A DNA stretch of 64,000 nucleotides from Okamejei kenojei (lineage: Eukaryota), in the NCBI GenBank assembly GCA_035221665.1, contig CM069148.1:25978001-26042000 (forward strand), written 5' to 3'. The translations under genes and the position numbers were made by a program. A model generated the notes under the pieces. The model was not told the DNA's origin. It made no database searches and worked only from the letters and a program-made list of their open reading frames with translations. Below, in pieces: positions 1 to 11,721 of the stretch (within the stretch, counting starts at the first letter, position 1; each line of letters opens with the position of its first letter).

Positions 1-308
1 CAGTGTGTAGGACATCCTTGTGAGGCAACAAAGCTCTTTCAGTCGGACACTGAGTGTGAGGGACAGATGAGCGAACTGACAAGATTGGCCTGTTCTTTTA
101 AAAGAGCTTGGCAAATGTTCTAAGCAGTTTTACGAAGCTCTGCCCGCCTGGCAGAATGCCCTGCCTGGCAACAAGGCCACATTTACTGAAGGAAGACAAA
201 GTATTTTATTGTGTGAGGGCAGACTTTTAATTCCATTTAAGCATGTTACTAACTTTGAACATATTTCTCTGAGAAAATTGAATTATTTAGTCATGGCAGA
301 TGACACTA

Positions 309-827
309 ACATAGAAACTTAGAAAATTAGATGCAGGAGGAGACCATTTGGCCTTTCGAGCCAGCACTGCCATTCATTGTGATCATGGCTAATCATCCAC
401 AATCAGTAACCCGTGCCTACCTTCTCCCCAGACCCTTTGATTCCGCTAGCCCCAACAACTCTATCTAATGCCCCTGTCCCACTTAGGAAACTGAATGGAA
501 ACCTCTGGAGACTTTGCGCCCCAACCAAGGTTTCCGTGCGGTTCCCGGAGGTTTTTGTCCTCCGGCAACCACCTTCAATTAGCATCGCAACCGGCTTCGA
601 CTAAAAAATTACTGATTTTTGAAACGGAAACCACTTTTGACCATTAGGGAGACTGACAAAAACCTCCGGGAACCTCTGGGAACCGCACAGAAACCTTAGG
701 TGGGGCGCAAAGTCTCCAGAGGTTTCCGTTCAGGTTTCCTAAGTGGGACAGGGGCATAACCCTCTTTAAAATTCAGCCAGTGAATTGACCTGCACTGCCT
801 TCTGTGGCAGGGAATTCCACAAATTCA
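309..827 (-). mobile_element. CR1 LINE 3' end, split by a MITE at 469-756
   Basis: ATAGAAAC-type tail and 3' UTR at 309-400; the ORF end SGIKGSGEKVGTGY matches the C-terminus of other CR1 copies here (GIRGYGEKAGTGY); CR1 sequence resumes at 757 (LWNSLP codons on minus). Confidence 0.85.
469..756. mobile_element. 288-bp MITE, PIF/Harbinger (Tourist)-type
   Basis: Long TIRs: TGCCCCTGTCCCACTTAGGAAAC...TTTGCGCCCCA at the left, its reverse complement ending ...GGGACAGGGGCA at the right; TAA duplicated at 466-468 and 757-759. Confidence 0.85.
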
Positions 828-2056
828 TGGTTGCTGGCAGACTGAGGAAAACCTCTACATGTTATTCAGCCACAAGGGATAATCTAACAATCATTTTAAG
901 ATTATTTGTGAGCCAATATCATATTACAGGTCAAATATTATAAACCGTGCTAATGTCACTCAATGTAAATTTGAACATGGGCACACCAGGCATCGCAGTG
1001 GTTTAGGTTTAAGCATTTTCCGATCTGACACTGTGTGGAGTACATGGTAAAAGTATGGCTCACACAGTCCTGATGTGGAATTCACAATAGCCACAGTCCC
1101 ATTTACTGGCTTTTGCACTTTATATTCACATTGGGGATTTTCATTTTAATATATCTATGTTCACTGAATGACAAAACAAATGCAGCGAGGAAACTGAGCA
1201 AGCCTCATCATTTAAGGTGATTTTCATTTATTTTGGTTTAAAATATGTAAACATATTGTGTTGTAAAAATAAACATTGCTGTACGGCTTTAAATAGATTT
1301 TTGGTCTGTATCTCTTCACGATCATAAATCTTGACCTTCTAACAATGTCCAGATAGTTCTGCATTCCAGATTCAAAAGGCATGCACAGAAAGCAAAGGCC
1401 AGTGTAGTTTTAGTAACTAGTGGGATTGAAAAATTGGTAATCCTTGTTCATTCTGAAGTTACGGGCAGTAGGAAGAACAAGAAACATGAATGATATACCA
1501 TGTGCTGAGTGCAAAACAACAAATATCCAGCACAGGTTTATAAGCATAGAGACTCCTCTGCTCTGCAGTTGCTTATTCACTTTTGCACACTACCAGTCTC
1601 ATTTTTCAGAATCTATTGAGCCCACGGTGTTGGTTCTGGCATCTTGATTCTTGTCATGACATTTTTTCACACATAAAACAGAATAGTAAAGCATTTCCTC
1701 CCTGGTTGCTGTTCAAAGGTCTGGCTCTGCTTTTGCATCTTTCAACAATTTTCACTGAAGAAGCATCAATGATCAGAGCAAAGCTTAGCAATTACATTTC
1801 TGCCCTTTTTAATGTCTCGTCCACAGCACAATGCTTCCGCTTTACTCCACTGAAATACCAGAAATGTATATGAATAATATTATCCTGGGGTCTCAGTTAA
1901 TGAATAGTGTTGCCCCAGTAATAATTTCAACCCAGATAAGATATGTGAAATTTTATATTTGAATGCATAATTTGTAATTAAAAAAATAAAAAGCTGTCTA
2001 TGATCTTGTCATGTAGAAATCTATTAGCACCCACAGACGCCAATGAACCGTCACAC

Positions 2057-2907
2057 CAGCCACGTGCCGTGAGTAATTACTCAGGGTAGGCACTCAGTCC
2101 GCTAAAAAAAAAATTAAACCACGCATGCGCAGATTGTTCGCTCCCGTTAAATAAATAAATAAACAAAAACAGTAACATTTCAATTTGCCCAAGGCTTCCT
2201 AGTCCTAGACCAATTGGGGGAACAGTTCCTTTCACAGCGTGTGGAGAGTCTGTGTCAGGGGTAAAGTTGTGGGGAGGGCACGAGTGTTGACAAGGAGGGT
2301 GTCGGGAATAATGGCAGAAACTTACTCACCGCTGCCGCAGCTCTCCGGGCGCGAAGCCCCCGCACTGTAGCTGGGGATAGAAGCAGCTCGGGGAGCTACG
2401 AGCGGCCGCCGGTACCCGACAGCAGAACTGGCCATCACTTCAGCGCCTTCTGCCGGCCCGCTCACCTCTGGCAGTGCTCTCCGTCGGAACACCTGTCACC
2501 TGCCGTTCGCCGACTTCGCTCATGTCAGCGGCTTCCTGCAAATCCTTAAATTCCCACAGCCGAGTAACCTCAATTGCGCTGTCGGAATTTAAGGACATGA
2601 GTGAGGCCAGCGAGCGGCAGGAGAGTGGTTTGTAGACGGAGAGCTGCCAGAGGTGAGCGGGGACCGGCAGAAGGAGATAAGGTGGCGGCTGGTTCCACTG
2701 TCCTGCCTGGCGGCCGCTCAGCCGCCCGAGCTACTTCTCTCCCCCCCCCCCCCCACCCCCGGCCTCAATGCGGTGGCATTCCACGCCTCCGTGCAAGGAG
2801 CGTCGCAAGTGCCATTATCCCAATCCCCTCATTCATAATATTCGTGCCCTCCACTCAACCTTATCCCGGGCCAGACTCCCCAAACACTGTGAAAGGAGCT
2901 CTCTCCG

Positions 2908-2951
<44 letters not shown>

Positions 2952-3406
2952 ACACCCCGGGAAATACAGTATTTAAAAACATAAACACAAAATGTACTTA
3001 CCACATTATTGGTACACAAGCTCCATTCTTCTCTCTTTGTTACCTAACATACACTTAAAATATTGACAAACCATATTTGAAAACCCCACCAAGGAACTTG
3101 CTCTGCGCATGCGCAGTAGACCGATGCGCATGCACAGTGCTGCAAAGGCGGACTTTCTGCTGCCTTCAGCCCCGCTTGTCATTGACGGCTTCAGGCAGCG
3201 CTGACGGCACGTGGGTTGCACAGAGAGTCCCGTGTTACAAGCGCTGCGGATGAAAGGCATGGAGAATTATGCCTACCTAAGCGATCGATCTCTTACATAG
3301 GCATAATTCTCCCATGCCTTTACTATTTATATTTAGTTATTACCATGTTATAATTTTAGTCAGGGTAGGCAGTGCCTACCTTGCCTACCCTGACGGCACG
3401 TGCCTG
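2057..3406. mobile_element. Non-autonomous hAT-type DNA transposon (~1.35 kb)
   Basis: Ends CAGCCACGTGCCGT / ACGGCACGTGCCTG are inverted repeats; subterminal CAGGGTAGGCA motifs at both ends; 8-bp TSD CGTCACAC (2049-2056) vs CATCACAC (3407-3414), differing by one CpG transition; no transposase ORF. Confidence 0.8.
2908..2951. repeat. Poly-C tract (44 nt) inside the hAT element
   Basis: Directly visible homopolymer. Confidence 0.95.
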
Positions 3407-4354
3407 CATCACACCCACATATTTTGTTGCCCTGCCCCTTCAGTAGTCAGTTGCACCCGAGTTCCAAGCTATGAGAAGTGCCTACTTTGGCTTTAGACCA
3501 GCATTATTCATTTTGTTGTGCAATGCATCATTGCGTAGACACTGTCTGGTCCTGATCCAAGACCAGAAGACCTAGAGAAAGGAATTGCGGAGGAGGGAGG
3601 GTTTGTGTGGGAGAAGGGGATGGGGATTTGGGAAAGAGCCAGTGATCAGAAGGAGGCTTTGCAAGAAATCTAAGAAAGAAGGGGATTTATAAAATGTGCC
3701 CTTACCTACAAATCTGGCTGCCAGAGGAATGTGCTAACTTATAATTGTGCTTGGGAGAAGTATATTGAATTTTACTTGGATAGCCAAGCCTTTAACACTG
3801 ACTCGCTCATTAAGGATGCATATATTACTGAATTTCGTGATATGTTTTAAGAGTTTTTTTTCACTGAGTTGTCTTGATCCTTCTTCCAGTTGCATTGACA
3901 ATGCCCAAGGTTATGAATGTACTCACGTGACTGTTCTCCATTAAGGAAATTAAGGGCTATGCAAGAAAATGGCAATGCAGTGAAAAATCAACCATGATAG
4001 TATTGAGCTGCAGGGTGGTCACATAGAATGAAATGACCTACTATTTCACAAGTACTAATCAAGGAAGTACGTTTTCAACAATCCATTTTTGAAGGGCGTT
4101 GCCGCTGCTATTCACCTTGCAAACAAACCCTGAAACGCAAGCCTGGATCTGTTGTTTAACACTGCCAAATAGCGCGATAAATGTAAGTACAACCTTATGT
4201 TTAATGTAAATTTATTATCTGCATTTGGCACCAGAGTTTGGTAATGTTTGAGGTGTTCAGTGGTGCAGTAATGCAGCACGGAAACTGGCCGGTCGGTCCA
4301 ACTCGCCCATGCCAACCAAAATGCCCCAGGTGGGCAAATCACATTTGCCGGCTT

Positions 4355-4945
4355 TGATTGATTGAATGATACTATATTATCACATGTCACAGTGAACGTC
4401 TTTATTTTTCATGGCATACACAAAGTATGCAAAGTCGGCACGTATAGAATGGCGTCAAAGTGTTCAATATAGTCCCCTATGGACCCTCTTTCTTCTCGGT
4501 TCTCTCCCCCCCCCTCCCACTGGGTCCCTCTGATCCCTCGGCACCCCTTCCACTCTGGGTTCCTCTATGGTCTCTCGGCAACCACCACCACACCGGGCAT
4601 CTCTATTTTCCGTGGGGCCGCGATGGGTGATGGAGGTTAGATGGGGCCGTGGAACATAGAGGTACCCGGTGTGGTGGGAGCCAACCTCTAGCACCCACCG
4701 TGGGCCCGTCTGACCTCCAGCATTCACTTGGGCTTGACTTAGGCCACCGCTGCCGGGTCCTCTTTTGGACAGCTCAGCGGCACTTGGTGCGAACATCCAA
4801 TGGCCCTCTTCGCTCCTCAATGGCCCACCTCGTTCTCGGCTGTTGCTCATGGGTCCCTCCTCGCTCTCGCGGCGCGGCACCCGTCAACGTCCTCAGCGAG
4901 TGAGCCTGGTGTACCAGTGGGTCCGACGTCCCTGGCGGTGGAGCC
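4355..4945 (-). mobile_element. Unclassified GC-rich repeat with a LINE-like 3' tail (possible non-autonomous Rex1/Babar-dependent element)
   Basis: Minus strand ends ...TGTGACATGTGATAATATAGTATCATTCAATCAATCAA, resembling the GTGACAATAAA + short-repeat tails of the Rex1/Babar copies here; body is CpG-rich with no RT similarity. Confidence 0.35.
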
Positions 4946-4949
4946 CAAC

Positions 4950-5745
4950 CATACATAAACTCATCACCTTTTGAGTGAAAATGTTGCCTCTCGGGTTCCT
5001 ATTAACATTTTCCCTTCTTACCTTAAAACCATGTCCTCTGGTTCTTGATTCCCCTAAACTGGGCGAAAGACACTGCATTCACACTATTTATTCCCTTCAT
5101 GATTGTACTCACTTTTATGAGATCACCCCCTGCAACCTGCTCTCCAGGGGATAAAGTCCGAGCTTTGCTCAACTTCTACTTACGGCTCAGGCCCTCGAGT
5201 CAGGGCAACATCCTCATGAATCTTATCTGCAATCTTTGCAGCTTAATAACATCCTTCGTACAGCAGGGCGAGTAAAACTGAACACACAAGAGTGGCATTG
5301 TGGTGCAGCAGTAGAGTTGCTGCCTTACAATGCCAGAGACCCTGGTTCAATCCCGACTACGGGTGTTGTCTGTGTGGTGTTTGTATGTTCTCCTTGTGAC
5401 CAAGTGGGTTTCTTTTGGGTGCTCAGATTTCCTCCCACATTACAAAGATGTACGTGTTTGTAGATTAATTGGCATCTGTCCCTAGAAGGTACAATAGACC
5501 TAGTGTATAGTATGATTGTTAGTTGGTGCGAACTCGGTGGGACCAAGTGCTTGTTTCCACGTAGTACCTCTAAACTAAACTAAACAATACTACAATTTCA
5601 GCTTCACCAACACCTTGTACATCTGCAATATAACGCCCTAATCTTTTGGCCCTGACTGAAGAACGCCACTGTACCAAATGCCTCCTTGAGCACCCTAGCT
5701 ACCCGTTGCACAACTTTCAGTGAATTATGTACCTGTGTGCTATTC
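4950..5745 (-). mobile_element. CR1 LINE fragment (RT C-terminal region), interrupted by a SINE
   Basis: ORF 4893..5078 contains GESRTRGHGFKVR...RGNIFTQKV; CR1 sequence continues after 5585. Confidence 0.75.
5290..5585 (+). mobile_element. tRNA-derived SINE with V-domain core (elasmobranch HE1/V-SINE-like)
   Basis: A-box-like TGGTGCAGCAGTAG, B-box GGTTCAATCCC, central TGTGTGG..TTTGTATGTTCTCC..GTGGGTTTC..TTTCCTCCCACA motif, CR1-like 3' end and (AAACT)n tail. Confidence 0.85.
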
Positions 5746-5759
5746 TGATCACCCCAGAT

Positions 5760-6210
5760 ACCGGAGGGATGTGGAGGCTCTGTAAAGGGTGCAGAAGAGG
5801 TTTGCTACAATGATGCCTGGATTAGAGGGTGTTAGCTATAATAAATGATTGCACAGACTTGGATTGTTTTCTCTAGAGCACCAGAGTTGAGGGGAGACCT
5901 GATACAAGTATATAACATTATAACAGGCATAGATAAGGTAGACAGTCAGAACAGGGGGCTTTAAGGTGAGAGGGGCAAAGTTTAAAGGAGATGTGCAGGT
6001 CATCTTGTTTACACAGATGGTGGTGGGTATCTGGAATGTGCTGTCAGTGGCAGTGGAGGAGGCAAATAAGAGGCTTTTGGATAGGCACATTGATTTGTAG
6101 GGAATGGAGGGATATGGATCATTTGTGGGCAGATGAGATGTTTATCTTGGCATAATGTTTGTTACAGAGGTTGGGGGTTGAGTGGCCTGTTCCTGTGCTG
6201 TGCTGTTCCA
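5760..6210 (+). mobile_element. CR1 LINE 3' fragment (degenerate)
   Basis: Matches the RVQKRF..MMPGL / LGLFSLE..LRGDL / WN.L coding pattern and 3' UTR of other CR1 copies. Confidence 0.75.
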
Positions 6211-7423
6211 TTTTGACCCGGTTTTTAGATTTTGCTCTTTGTTTAGTTCTATTGTACCTTCTACGCTCAAACACCAGGCTACTGAGTCATGATTGAGGCT
6301 AAAGCTGTTGATTTGAGAGCATTTAATAAAGAGCTTCAGCATGCCCTCTTCAATTAGGCTGAGTTTCAGAAGGAATGAACAAGAAAAATCAAAGCAAGAC
6401 TCGGAGATAGGCAAAAAGCAAAATCTACAAATGCCTGAAATAAAAATGGAAACAGAATGTAGCAAATGCTTAGCTGGTTAGGAGCATCCTCATGGCCTAT
6501 CATTTGAAAAAAAAAATGGTTGTAAGTACTGGACACTAACTTTATTTCATAATGAAAATACTGGAAAATTCACAAGGTATGGCAATACTGTGGTCAACAT
6601 TTCACGTTTGCAACCTTTTGTCAGTCACTTTCAGTGAATGGTCGCAGATACAAACGATTGACTTTCTCTTTCCACAGTAACTCCCTAACTTGCTGACTCT
6701 TTGTGCATTTTTTCAGATATCCAGCTTCTGTAGTTATTTTGGATGTCTATTAACCTTTTTCTTTCTCTACGGATGCTACTTGATTTTCTTGCTCTTATTT
6801 TAAGAGTAGTTTGAATATTCAGCTACAAGCATTATTTATGTCAATTGATGATTTTTTTTCCTATAATTTTGGAATTTAGTTTATATTTTCAATCAAACTA
6901 ATAATATGTCACAATAATTCATAGCGATCCCTGGTATTAAAACCAGGCACTTGTGCCTGCTGCTATGAAATGACCAAGCTCAGTTGAGCCAAAGTATGAA
7001 AAGAAGCTGGAAATATTTAGCAAAGACTGTTATTTTAGACAGAGCATACAAACAACCATGTAAAAATATAGATGTAAAGGTTTCCAATAAATGTTTGGTA
7101 AAATTATTCAAAATTAATCCATGCTTTAAGCTACCTTACTGATTAAAATTCTGCAATCTTACTTCTTTACTCAATAATCAAAAATACCATATTTTTATTC
7201 AAGATTTCAAGGTTAGTTTATTGTCACATGTACCTGTTAAGGTACAGTAAAATTGGAGTCACCATACAGCCATACTCAATGAAAAGCAACAAGACACACA
7301 ACCACATAAAAGTTAACATAAATATCCACCACAATGGACTCCACATTCCTCACTGTGTTGGAAGGCAATAAAGTTCAAGCTTCTTCCTCTTTTTCCTCTG
7401 GCAATTCCATTGCATTACCAAGT

Positions 7424-7515
7424 CTGAAGAAGGGTCTCGACCGGAAACATCACCCATTCCTTCTCACCAGAGATGCTGCCTGTCCCGCTGAGTTACTCCA
7501 GCATTTTGTGTCTCT
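7424..7515 (+). mobile_element. Penelope terminal-repeat mini-insertion with hammerhead-like core
   Basis: CTGAAGAAGGGTCTCGACCGGAAACATC...GCATTTTGTGTCT matches the 3' end of the large Penelope (40095-40182); CCAAGT repeated at 7418-7423 and 7516-7521. Confidence 0.75.
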
Positions 7516-7904
7516 CCAAGTATTTACAGAATAGAGATAATATTTTGGACCAGAGAGTACATGCCAATGGTTTTGCTCCACTCGAGCCTCTCGCAGAGCT
7601 CCATCATCTAACCCCATCAACCCCAATCCTTTACCTTGAGTTTTCCTTGCTTCCCATCAAGTGCCTTTAATCCACCACAGAATAGTGTTCCTTATGGTAG
7701 CAGCTTCTACTTTCTCCTGACCTCTGATTAAAGAACCTAATCTTGCATTTTGTTATTAAATTTAGTAATAATCATATTAATTTTATAACCTCTAACTCTA
7801 ATTTCTTTGCCAAGAGAAAGCACACAGTAAACCCTTGTTATAATGGACCATATGGAATGTTATCCGCTATTGCTGATTGTCCATTACAACTGAGAATCAA
7901 AATC

Positions 7905-8445
7905 AAGAATCTATCTATGCCTTAAAAATATCCATCGCCTTGGCAGGCACAGCCTTCTGTGGCAAAGAATTCCAAAGATTCTCCACTCTCTGACTAATTC
8001 CTCCTCATCTTCCTAAAGGAACGTCCTTTAATTCTGAGGCTATGACCTCTGGTCCTAGACTCTCCCACTAGTGGAAACATCCTCCCCACTTCCACTCTAT
8101 CCAAGCCTTTCACTATTCTGTACATTTCAATGAGCTAACCCCTCATCCTAAACTCCAGCGAGCACAGGCCCAGTGCCGTCAAATGCTCACCATATGTTAA
8201 CCCACTCATTCCTGGGATCATTCTTGTAAGCCTCCTCTGGACCCTCTCCAGAGCCAGCGCATCCTTCCTTTCCAAAATTGCTCCCAATACTCCAAATGAG
8301 ACCTGATCAGCAGCTTATAGAGCCTCAGCATTACATCCCTGTTTTTGTATTCTACTCTTGAAATAAATGCATTTGCCTTTCTTACCACCAAATCGACCTG
8401 CAAATGAACTGTTTGGGAATCCTGCACCCGCACTCCCAAGTCCTT
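7905..8445 (-). mobile_element. CR1 LINE fragment
   Basis: ORF 8218..8439 contains KANAFISRVEYKNRDVMLRLYKLLIRSHLEY, a CR1 ORF2 C-terminal motif. Confidence 0.8.
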
Positions 8446-8721
8446 TTAGAGTTGTGATGAAAGTTGTTCATTCTAAAACTTGTATGGAATGTGACATAAT
8501 AGGCATGCAGATAATTGTTTTTCCTGTATTTTATTTGTAAAACTATATGTCATCTTTCCTCAAGGCAGTAATTAATTTCTATACTGATCCCGGATATTGT
8601 TAATTTTTTCTGTACATTAGGCGTGGATAATTTTCATTATGTAGGAGACCAGACAGCATTACTAAGCAGGACAGACATGGGGTGGGGAAGGAAAGCAACC
8701 ACATGTGTCTAAGTGCTCTTA

Positions 8722-8850
8722 GAGTCATAGTCATACAGCGTGAAAACAGGCCTTTCGGCCCAACTTGCCCACGCCATCTAGCATGCCCTTTCTACACTCG
8801 TCCCACCTGCCTGCGTTAGGCCCATATCCGTCTAAACCTATCCTTTCCAT
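8722..8850 (-). mobile_element. CR1 3' terminal fragment
   Basis: GLDGYGPNAGRWD C-terminus plus 3' UTR and (AGTCAT)n tail. Confidence 0.7.
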
Positions 8851-10654
8851 GGCTGAGCTATTATTTTCCCAGAAGCATTTCATTAGATAGAGTTTGCGGA
8901 CTTCACCTAGTTTATAAAACATTGGGCAATTCGTGTAAACTAGAAATGGTTCCCAGATAACGTTTGTTAACTTTGGCCCCATTATATCTGTAATATTGAC
9001 AAAATTCCTGTTAAATTACCTTTACAATACATGGTAGACAAATGTTCTATGTAGTATTAATCCATAAAATTTCAACATCACAGAGGGAGGGATATCATTC
9101 AAATGTGCTAATTGATTTATCGATGGGCTCCAAAAACTTTGAGAATAACACAAACAGAAACAAATTAATTTAGAATCTGGTGCAGAATGTCAGCTGAGGA
9201 TTCAAGAAATAGTTAAGGTCGTGGGAGGACCTAGTGCTGCATTGACACTCTTTGGAATGTGTTAATGCAGGGCCAGGTTTTTATAGGTTTGTCATGCCTG
9301 CACTGTGCTATAGCGATGCTTTCTGCTGCTCTCATCTCAACCTGGCAGAGCTATTCCCATAAGAGGAAAACTTATTTGCAGAACCCATTTACTCCAGTGC
9401 TGTGGAATGCTAATTTTTTGGGAGCTGGCCATGTTTTCCTTATAAGGGAAAGTGTGCTGAAATTCCATCTGATTTTCAAGTTTATCTGCAGTCTCTGGGG
9501 GGCTGGCTTATGGCTATTCCCTCGCAAGTGGATAAAATGTTGCGCTTGCCTTTTTACTCCAGACTGTCTAGTTCTGAAGCAATTTTTGGATAATCTTCGA
9601 TTCAAAGAAATTGAACAAAAATCTAAAATGTTTGGGTGCATTTTATAGCAGAGTCAATATGATTTATACTTGTATATATAGAAAATGCAACACTGAATAT
9701 TTATGACATCTTATAACGGGGAGAGAAATACCACAAGTTCTCTGCTTTCTTGATTAGTTTGGTGAACTTAGTATGACAGATGTTTATAATTGTGTGCAGC
9801 TGTATAACATTATTGACTGCCGGTTCAAGTCACAATTTCGTGAATTAATGGAATGCGCCGTTTCTGTGTAGGCAGTGCCTCTCGGGTTACCTTTCGTTTT
9901 AAGCATTTGTTCAATCATAATCAGCAACAAGTCAGTTGTTTTTTGAAAGAGTTGAGACTCTGAAAATTATTTAACAAGTAAAATGTAGAACTTAATACAC
10001 AGTAAAAAATAAAATAGCTGAATAAGAACTAGCCAGTCTTCTAAAGTTTAGTTAGCAGATTTGATGCCTTATTTTTCATGTATGTTTTTCTCAGTAAATC
10101 ACATTGCTTCTCAGTTCTAAGTATGTGTTATATGCCTTTATTCTTTGAGTCATTTCCTTCGCTGATGCCCCTGTCACCCTTGTCTTTCATCCTCAAATTG
10201 TAATGGCGATAAATTAAAGTGACAGAAAGTCTCACTGTAAACATGATCAAATTTAGAGAGCTGGTGGAAGTTACATGCAACTAAATCTGTTTAATTTATC
10301 AAGTTATGGGTCAGCATCTAGGCATTCTGTTAATTGGCACGTCATTTTAATGGACATGATGAGAATTTTGAAACAAAATAAATGTATAAAAGAGACCAGC
10401 GCATTCAATGTAAACTCTGTTATTGCTCCCCATGCTCATGATTATTTACGGTAGCTGCCGGGCATTCAACGTTCAGCTGGGACTGTGGTATGTACCCTAT
10501 AAGGGCTTGTATAGGGCGGAATTTGGAATAATTTCTCGATCAATATGTATTATGGCCATAAGGAGCAAAACCTGATCTTCTCTTGGAAGAAAGACAGGGC
10601 AGGTGACTGAAGTGATACACTTTTGGACCATTGTCATAGTTCCATTGGTGTTAA

Positions 10655-11260
10655 AACAGTTATGGAAAGGTTTGAATTTCTAAATTGTGAAAAGGCCAAT
10701 TTTGACAGTATTACACTTTCAGAAATTAATTGGGGAGTCTTTTTGCAGGTAACAGGACATCCGGCAAGTGGGAGGCTTTTACATATGAGATAACAAAAGT
10801 TTAGAGCCAGTATGTTTAAGAAAGAACTCCAGATGCTGGAAAAATCGAGGTAGACAAAAAATGCTGGAGAAACTCAGCGGGTGAAGAAGGGTCTCGACCC
10901 GAAATGTTGCCAATTCCTTCTCTCCATAGATGCTGCCTCGCCCGCTAAGTTTCTCCAGCTTTTTATTGTCTACTTATAGAGCCAGTATGTTCCTCTTAGA
11001 GTGAAGGGCAATGCCTGCAGGAATGGGAAACGGGATTGGGAAGATATTGAGGTTCTGGTCTAGAAATGAGAACATCTATCTGTGGATTCATGCAAGTATT
11101 TCTTGTCTGTATTTATCATAGAGAAAGACATGAATGTCAGGGAACTCAGGGAAGTTAACAGTGATGTCCTGAAGAAAGTCAATATTCTAGGGCACAAGAT
11201 GCTGGAGATCTTAACATACATTAAGATAGATAAAGCCCCAGAGCCCAATCAAGTCCAGCC
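10655..11260 (+). mobile_element. Old CR1 internal fragment (endonuclease-RT linker), interrupted by a Penelope insert
   Basis: KYFLSVFIIEKD...IKIDKAPEP resembles FSSVFTKEKD...IKVDKSPGPD of the CR1 at 33.5-34.4 kb. Confidence 0.6.
10817..10976. mobile_element. Fold-back Penelope terminal-repeat insertion (160 bp)
   Basis: Inverted tail piece followed by forward TGAAGAAGGGTCTCGACCCGAAATGTT...TGTCTAC; 15-bp TSD TAGAGCCAGTATGTT at 10802-10816 and 10977-10991. Confidence 0.85.
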
Positions 11261-11721
11261 TAACTAAATTCTCTACTCTGCTAGCTAAAAGTCTGGTTAA
11301 AAATAGGTTTGAGCCCCTTGGTGCTTAATTCCACAAATGCAGTAGGGATCTCTGATTCAACTATGCTCAGACAGAAAAGCCACAATATTGTGGTATTCTC
11401 CATTACATTATGCTTTTCATCTTGTTTTGATTTGACTCCTTCAGATGTGTTTAGCAAGATTTCTGATGTATTTGAGTTTGACGTTCTTGGAGGGATTTGG
11501 AAATTCCATTTATGAACTGTGAGTTGGAAAGGAAGGAGTGGCTCTGTAAAGGAATTTGAAAGAGGGATGAGTACATTTCCATCTGGGGATTGAGGAGAGT
11601 TTGTGATGGAGGGTGCGTAAAAGGATTCTAATGTAAAGTTTGGTTCTACAGGAGTCTCGAGCCATTTACTCCCCATGCAAATGGAAATAATTCTCATTCA
11701 AGTTAGGAAAATTAACAGTCA

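Noticed and set aside
1-200. Exon or NFI-site cluster at the window start
   Set aside because: Frames close quickly, and TGGC/GCCA half-sites are too short to support a call without conservation data.
2601-3058. Polyproline ORFs
   Set aside because: Produced by poly-C tracts inside a non-autonomous hAT element.
5290-5365. tRNA genes at the SINE heads (also near 26400, 35280, 58380, 59095)
   Set aside because: A/B boxes are present but run into SINE core and tail sequence (the 59095 copy is a truncated head); no complete cloverleaf.
9259-9648. 129-aa ORF as a gene
   Set aside because: No recognisable domain, GTG start, and composition typical of a chance ORF.
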